A DNA stretch of 64,000 nucleotides from Geosiphon pyriformis uo1 (taxonomy: Eukaryota > Fungi > Glomeromycota). Shown here piece after piece: positions 12,922 to 26,113 of this stretch. Every line of letters starts with the position of its first letter. Positions within the stretch are counted from its first letter, which is position 1. Location of the stretch: assembly GCA_016748015.1 (NCBI GenBank), contig JAAOMT010000219.1, positions 286,322 through 350,321 of the forward strand, read 5' to 3'. The notes beneath the pieces were generated by a model that saw only the letters and a program-made list of their open reading frames with translations, was not told the DNA's origin and made no database searches. A program made the translations under genes and the position numbers.

Positions 12922-14475
12922 ATGGGTGATTATTCATACTTGCCACAACAATCAGAAAAACACTTTGAAGCATACAACAAAAATGATCTAGACTTTATTA
13001 AACTTAATTCTTTGCCCTCCTGCTTGATTTGCTTTCTCATTGAAGAACAATCTAGCAGACAATTTCAAGACTTTTGGAACTGGTTTTTAAACAAGCATTC
13101 AGCTGAAACTTATACAGCTTATACAATTTATTACTTTGACCAAGCTTATTTTGAAGACAACTTTGAAGGAAGAAACAACAGTATTAATTAGCTCTAATAT
13201 TTTACAATCTTTAAACAACAGCCCCCTAATTTCGAATATCTGAATTATCAAATTCATATTTGGATTGCTGCCCATCAATCAACTGAAACTTCTCTTAAAA
13301 TAGAAGAAGAAAGCTATTAAACCACTTCTGTTTTTGATCTCTTTTTAAGTGAATCAGAACACTCCACACAAACAGTTACACCTGAACCAATGGCTTAAGA
13401 CTTTTTACAACAAAACATTCTGATTGCTCTCCAAGGTATACAGACTGCTTTAAGGCAAAAAAACAACATCCTATTACTATTATTCAGAGATAATGCCCAA
13501 AATCCAATTGAATGACTGGATGATTTTGAGAAAGCTGTTACAGCAAACCAATATGATAATGAATACAAGTTCCAAATTGTTGGTGGCTACCTCCAAGACT
13601 CTCTTGCTATTTGGTTCTTACAAGAAACCAATGCCAATGCTTAGCAGAGAATTATTAGATAAACATCAGTAAATGCTGGAGAAGATAACACCTCTTTCAC
13701 TATCCAGTTTGAAACAAAATTTAGAACTCCTATCTTGATATCCAAATGGCACATGGAATTGGAAAGAAGAATTTAAGACCCAGGAAAAATAGTAATTAAA
13801 TATGCTAAAGCCATTAGAAAACTAATTAAGTGTGTAGACTCTGATAGAAATTGGACAGAAAAGCAAAAGATTTATTCTTTCACAAAAAGATTGAGAACTG
13901 ATCTCTCATATGTTCTTTGGTCTCTCTTGGCTCTGAAAGATAATTTCACAATAGATATGGCCATTAAACTTGTCCAAAGAATAGAAAACAACCAAAGAAT
14001 GCACCTAAGATCTACTCTTCCAGTTTTTGCTTCTGCTCCTGCCAAGGTTTCAGCTTTACAAATGGCTGCTACCTCTTTTGCCACTCACACTCAAAACCCC
14101 AATGAACAATTAATAGACAAACTTACTGCTAACCTTGCTTGGCTATTAGAACCATTAGCCCAAGCAGTCAGAGACAACCAGCAACCCCAAAGACCCAGAT
14201 TTGAATCTCACTTCAATCAGTCCCAACAACCACTATATCAAAGACAACAAAATCATGGCCCACCTGTGTGCTATTACTGTGAACTAATTGAACACTTTTC
14301 TAGAGACTGCAACAATTCTCCATTGCCTTCTCCAGCTCTTAGAAATAATGACACTCAGAATAACAGACCCAACAATAATAATGCTCCCAATCAAAGATCC
14401 AATCATGCCAACATCAATTTCTTTGGAGAGGATCCCCTAGTTGAAACTACTGTTTATCAGCCTTTAAACTGGTAG
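12922..14475 (+). pseudogene. gag: gag (retrotransposon capsid plus CCHC zinc knuckle)
   Basis: MGDYSYLPQQS start; PIE*LDDFEKA..YKFQIVGGYL capsid region; CYYCELIEHFSRDC knuckle; internal stops. Confidence 0.9.
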
Positions 14476-17400
14476 GCACACCTCCAAAGAGTAAGAGTGC
14501 AAGCCAACCAAAAGAAAACTTTTTTTACACTTTTAATCTAACTGATAATGATCATGATATAAATGAACTGGCAATCAACACCTCTAACTTAACAAGAAAA
14601 AAGAAGAAAGCCAAGGTTGATTTCATTCTAAATCTCAATAAAGTCTCAACTTTTGCTGCTAACAACAATGAGCCACCAAAGGCTAAAGTTTTTAAAAATT
14701 CTCCAAAATTGAAATCTCCAAAAATTGTACAAAAATTTGGACTCTATTTTGTTGTTAAAGATTTTATGGAAACCCCAGCACACATTATATTTGGCCAACT
14801 AATGACTCATCCACAGTTCAGAAAAAATTTTCGCAAATCTTTAATACCAAAGAAGAAGACACCAAAAACCAACAAGTGCTCTTATCAAGCTAGATTTGCT
14901 GACAACAGCAATGTTACTTCTCTGATTTGTAAAGCCCAAGTGGCTGGTTACTTCATTGACTTGATCCTAGACAGTAGATCATCTGTTAGTGTAATTGCCA
15001 AACACTTTCTTGAAGCAATTGGCAGAAAGATTGATGAACCTTCTACAAGACTAATAACCAACATACATGGTGACAAGAAGAAAGGCCTAGGCATAGCCAA
15101 AGCTGTTCCTGTTCGCATCAATGGTATCAACATTAAAACAAACATGGAAGTATCTGAAACAAAAGAGTATACTATTATTGTTGGTAATGAGTGGCTTAAG
15201 AAAACCAAAGCACTACTTGACTATAAACTTTGTGAGCTAACCATCAGATGTGGTGAAAAACTCATTGTGGTTAAATGCTGTCATTGGACAACTCCTCCAG
15301 CAACCCAACAGAACCAGGAAGAAAAACAATCAGATGAATCAGATGATAATAAAAGTGATAATAAAGATCAAGAAGAACTAGAAAAAACTGCTAAACTTGC
15401 TTATATCATCTTCACCAGCAATGGCAAACTACTGGACAATGTTAAAGCCAACAAAGAAGAAATTATGGTAAATGGCAAGCTGATCTGCTGGCCCTACTAT
15501 AATATCCTTAGAAGAACTTTTGACAGAAAACCTGGCAAGAAAACCAAATACAGTTATTGGTGGCATGACCCTTGTACATAATGCTGGTGTAATAAACCTT
15601 TGTATTTACCAAGTAATGAATGCAAATCCTGTCTGATCTATTACAAAGATTGGGAACCAATTAGCTTGATACCTTAAAAAGAACTTAAAGAAGTACAAAA
15701 GTTTTTTAAGAATGAACAATCTGAAATCTAATCACTAGTTATAAAACAAAGAGAACTTTTTCCTAAAGAAAGAAAAATAGACATTGAAAATCTGTTGGCT
15801 AGAAATAGCCCAGTTATTTTAAAAGAAAATAACACTCCTGGACAAACCCATGTAATACAACAGACCATCATCACCAAAGAAACTCACCCCATCTATTTAA
15901 AGCCTTATCAATCCAATTGACATAATAATAAGTTTATTAAGAAAGAGATAAACCGGATGAAAGATCTTGGATTCATGTAAGAAACCAAGAATGAATGGGC
16001 TTTTTTAGTTGTAGTAGTATCCAAAAAAGGTAGAATCCTATGCTTCTGTGTTGACTACTACCAACTAAATACCATTACTATAAAAGACATATACCCATTT
16101 CCCAAAATTGATGCAATGTTAGATAAATTCAATGGTGCTGCTTTCTTCTTAACTATTGACTTAACTGTTAGATTTTGGCAAGTATAAATAGATTCAGAAA
16201 GCAGAAAAAAAACTGCTTTTATCACCAAGTATGGCACCTATGAATTCACAGTCATGCCTTTTGGTCTCACTAATGCTCCTTCTACCTTTCAATACTTAAT
16301 GGATAAAGTGTTTGAATCAGTAAAAAAAAACTTTGTTCTGGTCTATCTGAACAATATAATAATATACTCAAAAACCTGGGATGAATATCTTGAACATTTA
16401 CAGAAGATTTTTGACCTGTTCAGAAATACTGGCCTTAAGATCAACCCAATCAAATCTTTTTTTGAATGCCAATCCACCTAGTTTCTTGGTCATCTTATTA
16501 CAAAAGATGGAATCTTTCCTGACTCAACTAAAGTTAAAAAAGTTCAGAACATTAGACAACTAATGAATATTCTTGAACTATGCTCTTTCCAAAATTGCTT
16601 TTTCTCTCAATCAGCTACTCAGAAAAAATGTCAATTATCACTAAAGCACTTATTAACAAAAAGCTTTTGAAATTCTGAAGGAAAAACTTGTTACTGAACC
16701 AATTTTCAAGCAATCTGATCTGAACCAACTTTTTATTTTCCACACTAATACATCTGGCTATGAACTTAGTGCTGTTTTTTCACAAAAAGATGAAAATAGT
16801 AGAGAACATATCATAGCATATGCTAGTAGATCTCTTATACCAGCAGAAAAAAACTATTCAGTTACTGAACAGAAATGCTTAGCAGTAGTTTGGGCTACTA
16901 GTTACTGGGAGCAATATCTTCTTGGTGCAAAATTCTTAGTGGTAACAGATCATCAAGCCTTGGTTTGACTGCACAATAAAAAGAAGCTAGAACACAAACA
17001 AATAACTTGCTGGATATGCCACTTGAATGAATTCAACTATGATATTCAACACTACAAAGGAGCAAATTATCAAAACACTAACACTCTCTCTAGATTTACC
17101 ATCCATTGACAGTACAATCTCTTAAACCAAACCAACTTAATTATTAGTAACTCCTTTACAAACAAACACAATAATGGACTTGGACAACTACTCTGCCTTA
17201 ATGGAATTTTTGGATAAAGGACAATACTTACCAGAATACACTCAACAGCAAAGAGAATATTTGTGCAAACAATCAAATTTCTATTTGATCTACCAGAACC
17301 AATTATATAAAAAAAACAGAAAAGATTCTAACTGCCTCCAAAGAGTCATCAGATTTGAAGAAAGAGAAATTGTAATATACAACATACACACTGATCTATT

Positions 17401-18476
17401 AGTTAGACACTTTGGAAAAACAAAAAATGTTAGCTCACTATTATTGGTCTACCTTGGAAAAGGACATTGCTGAATACATTAAAACCTGTGACATCTGCCA
17501 AAAAAAAAACAAACCCAATCGCAAAGAAGATATTCATCCAATTTCTGTTGGTCAACCATTTGACAGAATTAGTATAGATGTTGTTGGATTTTTAACAATA
17601 ATGCCTGATGGCAACAAATATATTATCACAGCTATTGACTATCTTACAAAGTGGGTAGAAGTAAGAGCCACTTCAGACCAAACAGCAGTCTCAATAGCCA
17701 ATTTTATTTATAAAAATATTATCTGCCATCATGACTGCTCCAAAAAACTTTTATTTAATAGAGGAAAAGCTTTTCTCGGTACACTGGTTAAAAAACTTTG
17801 TAGAAAAATGGGAATATGTCATAAACTTTCCTCCCTTTATTACCCCCAAACAAATGGCCTAGTGAAATGTTTTAATAGAACACTATGTGAAACTCTAACC
17901 AAAACCAGTGAAGAAACAAACTTATAGGACAAAGTACTGCCTTCAGCTTTGTTTGTTTATAGAACTGTAAATTATGACATAACAAGTTATGAACCTTTTT
18001 ATCTGCTCTATGGATGCATAGCAATACTACCAATAGAAACTGACATTGAAAATATACTCTTTAAAGAAATCACAATAGGAAATTACAAAAACATTTTGCA
18101 AAGAAAACTTGGTATCATTCTTGACTCTTTAGTAAAAGCATGAATAATTGCTTTTAAAAAGATAAAACAGTTCCAAGAAAAGCTTAAGAAAAAGAAAAAT
18201 TATAAAACACTTTCTTTAAGTGTTGGTGACTTGGTATTGGAATATTGTTCAGACAGAGACAATGTCTATGGTAATAAATTCTTTTGCCAGTGGAAAGGAT
18301 TCTTTATAGTCAACAAAGTTTTGAACAATGGTTCTTATATTTTTCAAGATTAATCTGAAACAATCTTTAATGATTGTCCTGTTCATAATACACGACTCAA
18401 AAAATATCATAAATGACCTGATTGATTGCCTGTTATGGTAATACTGACTCAAATGATCAGCAAAAATCAAATATAA
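14463..18476 (+). pseudogene. pol: pol (PR-RT-RNase H-integrase)
   Basis: LILDSR protease, MPFGLTNAPSTF and decayed YLNN (YLDD) RT, RH NYSVTEQKCLAVV, IN CDIC / ISIDVVG / PQTNGLV. Small deletion near 16590. Confidence 0.92.
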
Positions 18477-18706
18477 ATAAATGCACCATTTCCAAAACAG
18501 AAGTATCTTCAATCGACATGAACAATTATTTTCTGGATCAAAACATTCAAAACACTTTCTATACTTTTCATAAGTATTGAATCAAAAACTATCCAAATGC
18601 TACTCTGATCATTGAAAAACAAACCACCATAACTAATAACAGTGGAACACATACTGTTATTAAATCAAAGAAAACTATTATCAAAAAAGAAAGAATTAGT
18701 AATAAA

Positions 18707-19174
18707 ATGTATAAATATCTGTTGGAAAGTATAACAGCAGCTATACTCCTATCTTCTAACACAATTGGAAAAACACTCCAAGAAATCTTATCTATAGACA
18801 AAAACTTGTCATATGGAAGACAATTAAAACTTTATGGTTGCCTTAGTGAAATCATAAAAGATATGAAACTCATGAAGAAAACAACTTCAGAGATACAGAC
18901 AAAAATTTTGGGCATTATATGGTTAGATGTCCCAAGAGTTTTAACTATTGCTAGAAAAGCCAAAACTCTAATACAAAGATTTAGTCTCTTAGATACAAAA
19001 CTCATTTTGCCTCAAGTATTATATATCTTATCCACAAAAAACTTCAACAAACTAGTTAGCTTTGAGTTAGATAAAACTCTTCAAATAGATTACATCATAA
19101 GTAGTTTGATTTTGTCAGAGCTTAATTTCTTTGGAGAGGATAATATTATGGTTGAAACTTATACTTCTTATTAA
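18707..19174 (+). CDS. ORF3 of unknown function, running through the PPT and stopping inside the 3' LTR
   Basis: 155-aa open frame. Homologous frames at 5587-5949, ~36410-36752, 53369-53835 and partly at 19786-20000 (-). Confidence 0.65.
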   Translation: MYKYLLESITAAILLSSNTIGKTLQEILSIDKNLSYGRQLKLYGCLSEIIKDMKLMKKTTSEIQTKILGIIWLDVPRVLTIARKAKTLIQRFSLLDTKLILPQVLYILSTKNFNKLVSFELDKTLQIDYIISSLILSELNFFGEDNIMVETYTSY

Positions 19175-19785
19175 ATATTACATGTATTAGCCACTAATGT
19201 CATATAAATTAGCCACTCTATTTTTAGAAAGTGATTATTGACCTGATCATTGACCACTTTTCATAGCTATATAAGCAATGAATTTTTTAGCTATAGAAGA
19301 GTATGAAGAAATCAAAGAAATAAAATAAATAAAATAACAACTTTCATCTCAATCATTCTCTTATTGCTAATTTCTTTTTCCCTACCTTTAAGTATCTAAA
19401 CATCTTGAGATAAAAGATCACTTGTTGGTTATTCTTTACCCTTTTCCTGAAATGTGTAATTACAGCATTTGAAGATTATTGAATAAAATATGATTGAAGA
19501 GTATATCTGATAACTGATATTGAATTCTAAGAGTGCTAATGTGAGGCATAAAATTATACCAGGTGTGATTATTTGTTGACAGTACAGACTATCTCTCTAC
19601 TTTCAGATTCCCTGGTTATCTTTAAAAAGTATAGTGACTAAGATATTTTATGAGACTTAATTCGCACATTGAATCCATACTTATTCAATTTGCTCTTTGA
19701 AGTTAAATTCTCTTTAATTATTTTCATTACTTTACAATTCTGTTTTCCCTTGCTATCTGTTAGCTTGTTACTCTAACCTGTAATA
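19144..19785 (+). repeat. A3 3' LTR
   Basis: Follows PPT ttggagaggataa; TATTATGGTTG...CTGTAATA; only two 12-bp units. Confidence 0.92.
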
Positions 19786-21811
19786 GTATAATGCCCAAAA
19801 TTTTTGTCTGTATTTCTGAAGTTGTTTTCTTCATGAGTTTTATATTCTCTATAATTTTTTCAAAATAACCATAGAGTTCTAATTGTCTTTTATATGACAA
19901 ATTTTTGTTTACAGACAAGATTTCTTAAATTGTTTTTTCAATTGTGTTAAAAGGTAAGAGTATATCTGCTGTTATACTTTCTAACAGATATTTATTTATT
20001 TTGCTACCAATTATTTCTCTTCTGATAGTGGTTTTCTTTGGTCTAATAACAGTATGTGTTCTACTGTTATCAGTTATAATAGTTTGTTTTCCAATGGTCA
20101 GAGTAGCATTTGGATAATTTTTGATTCAATACTCATGGAGAATATAAAAAATGTTTTGAATGTTTTGATCCAGAAAATAATTGTTCATATTGATTGAAAA
20201 TATTTCTGTTTTGGAAATAGTGTATTTATTTATACTTAATTTTTGCTAATCATTTGGGTTGATATTACCACAACAGACAACCAATTAGATTATTTATGAT
20301 ATTTCTTAAGTTATATACCATAAACAAGACGATCATTGAAGATTGTTTTGGATTGATTTTGAAGAATATAAAAATTATTGTTCAAAATTTTGTTGACTAT
20401 AAAAGATTTTTTTTACCAGTTAGAAAATTTATTACTATAGATATTGTCTCTGTCTAAATGGTATTCCAATACCAAGTTATTAACACTTAAAGAAAGTATT
20501 TTATAGGTTTTTTTTTTCTTAAGCTTTTTTTGGAACTGTTTTATTTTTTCAAAAGCAATTATTTGTGCTTCTACCAAGGAGTCAAGAATAGTACCAAGTC
20601 TTCTTTGCAAAATGTCTTTGTAATTTCCTATTGTGATTTCTTCAAAGAATATTGTCTTAATGTCAGTTTCTATTGGTAGTATTGCTATGCATTCATAGAG
20701 CAAATAAAAAGATTCATAATTTGTTCTGTTATAATTCACAGTTCTATAAACAAACAAAGTTAAAGACAATACTTTGTTTTATAAGTTTGTTTCTTCACTA
20801 ATTTTGGTTAAGGTTTTACATAATGTTCTATTGAAATATTCCACTAGACTATTTATTTGAGGGTGGTAAAAAAAAAAGTTTATGATATATTCTCATTTTT
20901 TTGTAAAGTTCTTTAACCAGTATACTAAAAAAAGCTCTTTTTCTATCAGATAACAGTTCTTTGGAGCAGCCATAATGGCAGATGATATCTTTATAAATAA
21001 AATTGGCTATTAAGACTGCTGTTTGGTCTGAAGTGGCTCTTGCTTTTACCCACTTTGTAAGATAGTTAGTAGCTGTGATAATATATCTGTTGCTATTAAG
21101 AGTTATTGTTAAAAGTCCAATAATATTTATACCAATTTTGTCAAATGATTAATCTACAAAGATTGAATGAATATCTTTTTTGCAATTAAGTTTGCCTCTT
21201 TTTTGGCAGATATTACAGGTTTTGATGTATTCAGCAATGTTCTTTTCTAAGATAGACCAATAATAGTAAGCTAAAGTTTTCTGAATTGTTTTTGTTTTTC
21301 CAAAGTATTCAGCTAATGAGTTAGTGTGCATATTGTATATTACAATTTCTCTTTCTTTAAATCTGATGACTTTTTAAAGGTGGTTAGGATCTTTTTTGTT
21401 TCTTTTATATAATTGGTTCTGACAGATTAAATAGAAATTTGATTGTTTGTGCAAATGTTTTCTTTGCTGTCAAGTGTATTTTGGTAGATATTGTCTTTTA
21501 CCCAAAAATTTCATTAAGACAGAGTAGTTGTTTAAGTCTATTATTGTGTTTGTTAAAAGAGGAGTCACTAATAATTAAGGTGAGTTGGTTTAAGAAGCTT
21601 GTACTGTCATTGGATGGTAAGTTTAAAGAGAGCATCAGTATTTTGATGATTTGCTCCTTTGTGGTGTTGAATATTATAGTCAAATTTATCCAAGTAGAGT
21701 ATCCAGTGAGTTATTTGTTTGTGTTCTAGCTTTTTTTTATTGTACAGCCAAACTAAGACTTGATGATCTGTTACCACTAAGAATTTTACACCAAAAAAAT
21801 ATTAATCCTAG
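19786..21811 (-). mobile_element. Family A copy A4, internal fragment (RH end, IN, 5' part of ORF3), inverted
   Basis: ORFs 21149-21331 (IN HHCC) and 20413-20769 match A integrase on the minus strand. Confidence 0.92.
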
Positions 21812-22498
21812 TGTTACAGTTGAAACCTATACTTCTTATTAATTATCACATGTATTAGCCATTAATGTTATATAATTAGCCATTCTATTTTTAGAAAGTG
21901 ATTATTGATCTGACCATTAATCTGATCATTGACCTGATTATTAACCTAGTTGTTGACCTAATCATTGACCATTTTTAATAGCTATATAAGCAATAAATTT
22001 CTTAGCTGTAGAAAAGCATATAAGAATCAAGAAAATCAAATAAATAAAATAACAACTTTTATCTTAATCTTTCTCTTATTACTAATTTTTCTTTTCTTAT
22101 CTTTAAGTATCTGAACATCTTGGAATAAAAAATTACTTGTTGGCATTTACCTATCCTTTTTCTGACTTGTATAATTGTAGTATTTGAAGATTATTGAATA
22201 AAATGTAACTGAAAAGTATATCTGATATCTGATATTGAATTCTAAGAGCACCAATATAAGGCATAGAATTATACCAGTGTGTGATCATTTGTTGACAGTA
22301 TGGATTATTCTTTTACCTTCAGATTCTCTGGTTACTTTTTAAAAAATATAGCAACTGAGATATTTTATGAGACTAATCTCATATATTGAATCCATACTCA
22401 TTCAATTTGCTCTTTGAAATTAAATTTTTTTTGATTACTTTTATTATCCTACAATCCTGTTTTCTCTTGCTATCTGTTAGCTTGTTATTCTAACCTGT
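21812..22498 (+). repeat. Family A lone LTR lacking its terminal AACA
   Basis: TGTTACAGTTG start; ends ...taacctgt, directly abutting a family B LTR. Confidence 0.9.
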
Positions 22499-23306
22499 TG
22501 TTACAGATGATTATTTGGGTTTAAAGCAAATAACAAACCCATAACTTGGTGCTTAATTGTTGGTTAATGTGGGCAAGTTCTGAAGGTATGGTGTTTAAAA
22601 GTTTTTGTTGAATTCTTTGTATAATGAACAAAAATTCAATAGATAGTTTTATCAGTAGCTTCCCAAAACCACAGTTTCATCAATTTCTTTTTTAGCATGA
22701 TGACCAGTAATTCTTCTGGTAAGATATCCTCAATTCTGAGTATTTACTCTTATTTCTGGGTCTTTTACCAGTGCTATATTCTGATGTCAGTACCTCTACA
22801 TGTAAATTTCTTTTTAATCAAGTTAACAAACAACAGAAAAAAATAAAACAAGAAAAGAAAATAAAGAAATAAGAAAAGTAAGCCAAGGTAATTTGCACAT
22901 TAGTATTCCATCAATAGTCATGATCAAGAGCTATTGTTCAGTGTAGTTAAGTATCAATTTCTATTAACATAAAGTGTTAATAGTAAAAAGTAATTTGAGA
23001 TAGTGAATAATTATTTATTGATATTTGTGATATGGAAGGTTGCTTAAATCAAATCTAAACTGAGAGATCTGTCTTTTTTTCTTTTAATGCTACTGCTATA
23101 TATATATAATTGATGTTCTATAAGATCATTCATATTTCCAAGTGATGTGCTAAGATTTCTTGAGCAATGCTTACATTGCTAAGCAATGTGCCCTAATTTT
23201 CTAATATTGCTCCACATTGCTGAGCAATATGCTTATGTGCTAACTACTACTCTCTTATTAATCTATTATTTTCTATATCTGTTTTTTTTTCTTTTTATAA
23301 GTAACA
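22499..23306 (-). repeat. Family B 3' LTR (subtype with ACATTGCTnAGCAATGT palindromes)
   Basis: TGTTAC...GTAACA termini; R/U5 homologous to 28931-29792 and 59294-60323. Confidence 0.88.
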
Positions 23307-24075
23307 TTATTTTCTCCTTTTTTTAATATTGAACTCTGTCAAAATCTTCATTTTGAATTATGTCAAATACTTCTTTTTTAAGTAGCATCTGTTCTACTCT
23401 ACTCTTTATTTCTTCAATCTGTAAGTTGTTCATTTTTTCCCATTAGTTGATGGTTATTGTTTCTATGTCAGAGTGTAACAATACTTCAAAGTAGTTTTGA
23501 AATATAGGGTGTAGTCGATAAATAGTCTTGATATGTAATGTTAAGTTTGTTTTCTTTCTGATAATGTTTTCAATATTCTGAATTATCTCTTGATTGAAGA
23601 TTTTCTTAGATTTGTCAAGATATAATTTCTGGATATCTACTTTTCATCCCAATTGTTTTGGTTGAAGCAGATAACATTTTTCTTGTCTGTATATTGTTTA
23701 AGATGTAATATTCACATATTTATACAGTTGTGGAAAGTCTGGAATGAGGTTTGGTGCTTGTACTTCAACTTCAGTGCTTAAAGATCTGATGGTAGTTTCT
23801 TTTGGTATCTCAAGAATATCTCTTGTGTTGTTGTAAATGGGAATTTTGATGTGTCTGTGGTTCTTGGCTGGTATGTATAAATTAACTAATTCGATCTTTC
23901 TTGATTTACAAAGTGTTGCTTCTGTCTCAAAAATCTGAACCTAATCCTTCACTTTTCTCTCTATAACTATCATGTACTAATCATATAGTAGAATGGAGAT
24001 TAATTGACAGATGGAAATAATTTCTTCTTTGGCAATAATCTCTTCTTCTGCCATATTGACTGGTACATCTATTCT

Positions 24076-24468
24076 ACCCATTGATCCAAATTTCTATATT
24101 CTTCTAGCTGTAATTCCCAATTTTTTCCTGTTTCTCACTAATACTAATTAAGCTATTTTAACCAGAGACAGGAATATTGCCTGTGCTATTTTTTCATTTG
24201 GCTCTATAATATAGGCCTTTTCTGAGTTATTTTATAGCATAGCAATAATATTTCCCACATATCTTGTGTCAATTATTCTTTCTCTAATGTTGATTCTTTT
24301 TTTTGCTAAGTTAGTTCTAGATGCTAGTTGAATCATTGTTGTTGCTGGAATTTCTAGTGCTACTTTAAGATCAATATAGGTGCAAAAATATGATTCCAAT
24401 TTGATGACATCTTTTCCTAAATATCTTAGATTAAACCCTACATCAGTATTATGTACATGTTCTGGCAT
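24076..24468 (-). pseudogene. dut: Trimeric dUTPase domain
   Basis: All five motifs recognisable though decayed: TDVGFNL (1), ASRTNL (2), RIIDTRYVG (3), EKIAQ (4), ARRI*KFGSMG (5). Confidence 0.88.
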
Positions 24469-25819
24469 AATATCTTTGTTATTATTGCTAAACCATTTCA
24501 GTTTTTGCTTCTTGGTAAGATTAGGAAGTGTGATGTATTATTTGGAAGTTTGAATTATTGTAATTTTTGTTGCCATTTTGAATGGAGCTGGAACTGTTAT
24601 TTTTATCATTATTATTGTTGGAGTTTAAATCAGAATTGAACAGTAATTCTGATTCCAATTCGCAGCTGCTGATTGGTTTTTTTTCCTCTGGAATCATGTA
24701 GATCATACATGGTAGTGGATTGTAAATAAAATTACACTCATTACAATATTGAAAGTTACAGAAAATTAAACAATGTTAACATAATTGAGTATTCAACTGT
24801 TCTAAATGCTGCTCTTGTTCTTTTTTAGTGGGTGCTAATTGCTGGTAATGTTTGTGGAATTCTTCTAGATTGTCCTTAATGTTGCCAAAGATGTCAAAAG
24901 TTTGGACATATTCAGGTTCAAAAAGAGATAGAGGGTTGTTTTTGATTTCCAGTAGTTTACTAGTTGTTATGCCTTCTGCTTTCACATTTGCTATTCTCCA
25001 GATTTCATGTTTGTTGTGAAGATATCCTTCCAATTATTGCAATGCTTGTTTTTAGGCATTTTCAATTGGTATTTCTTTACATACTCAGTCATTAATTAAG
25101 ATTGTATATTGACATGTTTCATCATACATTCTTCTATGCTCAAGAATATTATTCCATATTTCTTTATCAGGCAAAATAGTTCTACATGCAAGGCACAATT
25201 TATTGTCCCATTTTCTCTGTTGTTTCAGTTATTCAAAGTGTTCTATAATGCATGGACAACAGTAAAATTTTGCTGCTGTGGAGTATTTTTTGTTGTCACT
25301 ATAGCATGCATCCATTGATGACAATTTTTTGCTGCAATCAATGCATATGAGCTTTGGTCAGTGATAAGTGGATTATTGTAATATAGTATAGGTGTAGAAG
25401 TTATAAGTGGTGATGTTGGTGAGTGTTGTTTCTCCCTTCTTCTCTTTTCTTTTTTTCTTATTGCTTTCTTCTCTCTCCCAAGTTATTAGTTCTTCTTGAT
25501 CATTGTTAGTTCCTTAGACTTGGTCAAAATTTTAGGTAATTTCTTCTTTTTGCTTTTCTTTCCCATTGTTGTTCCAAGAGAGTATTGGTGATAACTTGTT
25601 GTGGTCTTTGTTAGTCCAGAAAACTTGGTATGCTTTCCAGGTAGGTTTTTCTTTTTCTTTCTTTACCTCAATCAATGGTTGTTTTCTTAAAAGAGCTTTA
25701 AAGTGTTTACATATGACTGGAACTCACATGTGTTGACTATTTTGGCTGAGTTGTAATTCCTGTGTGGTCCAGTTGAGTACAGCATTGGTCTTGGACAGCC
25801 AATTATTACCAACTAGGGC

Positions 25820-26113
25820 TTAATACTGAATGACTTCCATTACTAAAACTTTAATGGGCATAATGAGACCATTAATTTCAAATGGAAACTCATCAATCTT
25901 ACCAATAAGTGTTTTCATGGCTCCATTGGTGGTAATGATTTTTGCACTGGCAGTATGGTTAACTTGGTGACCTAATTGATCCATAAGTTGCCTGATAATA
26001 ATGCTGCCTACTAAACCACTATCTAAGATTAGTTTTATGGCCTGACCATCGACTTTAGCATTAGTGTACATGGCAGTGATGGGTTTCTCCTTGAGTACAG
26101 TTCTACTGAACAA
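25820..26113 (-). pseudogene. Retropepsin-like aspartic protease of family B
   Basis: AKVDGQAIKLILDSGLVGSII catalytic DSG motif. Confidence 0.88.

Larger units (their letters stand above)
12180..19785 (+). mobile_element. Family A copy A3, full-length but inactivated Ty3/gypsy element
   Basis: Both LTRs (12180-12869, 19144-19785), PBS, gag, PR-RT-RH-IN order, ORF3 and PPT. Many stops. Flanks tatgc / gtata do not form a TSD. Confidence 0.95.

Noticed and set aside
18707-19174. env gene
   Set aside because: Too short, with no convincing signal peptide, furin site or transmembrane anchor.
24076-24468. Host dUTPase gene
   Set aside because: It lies inside an LTR element, collinear with the protease, has stops, and recurs as a remnant in the mini-elements.
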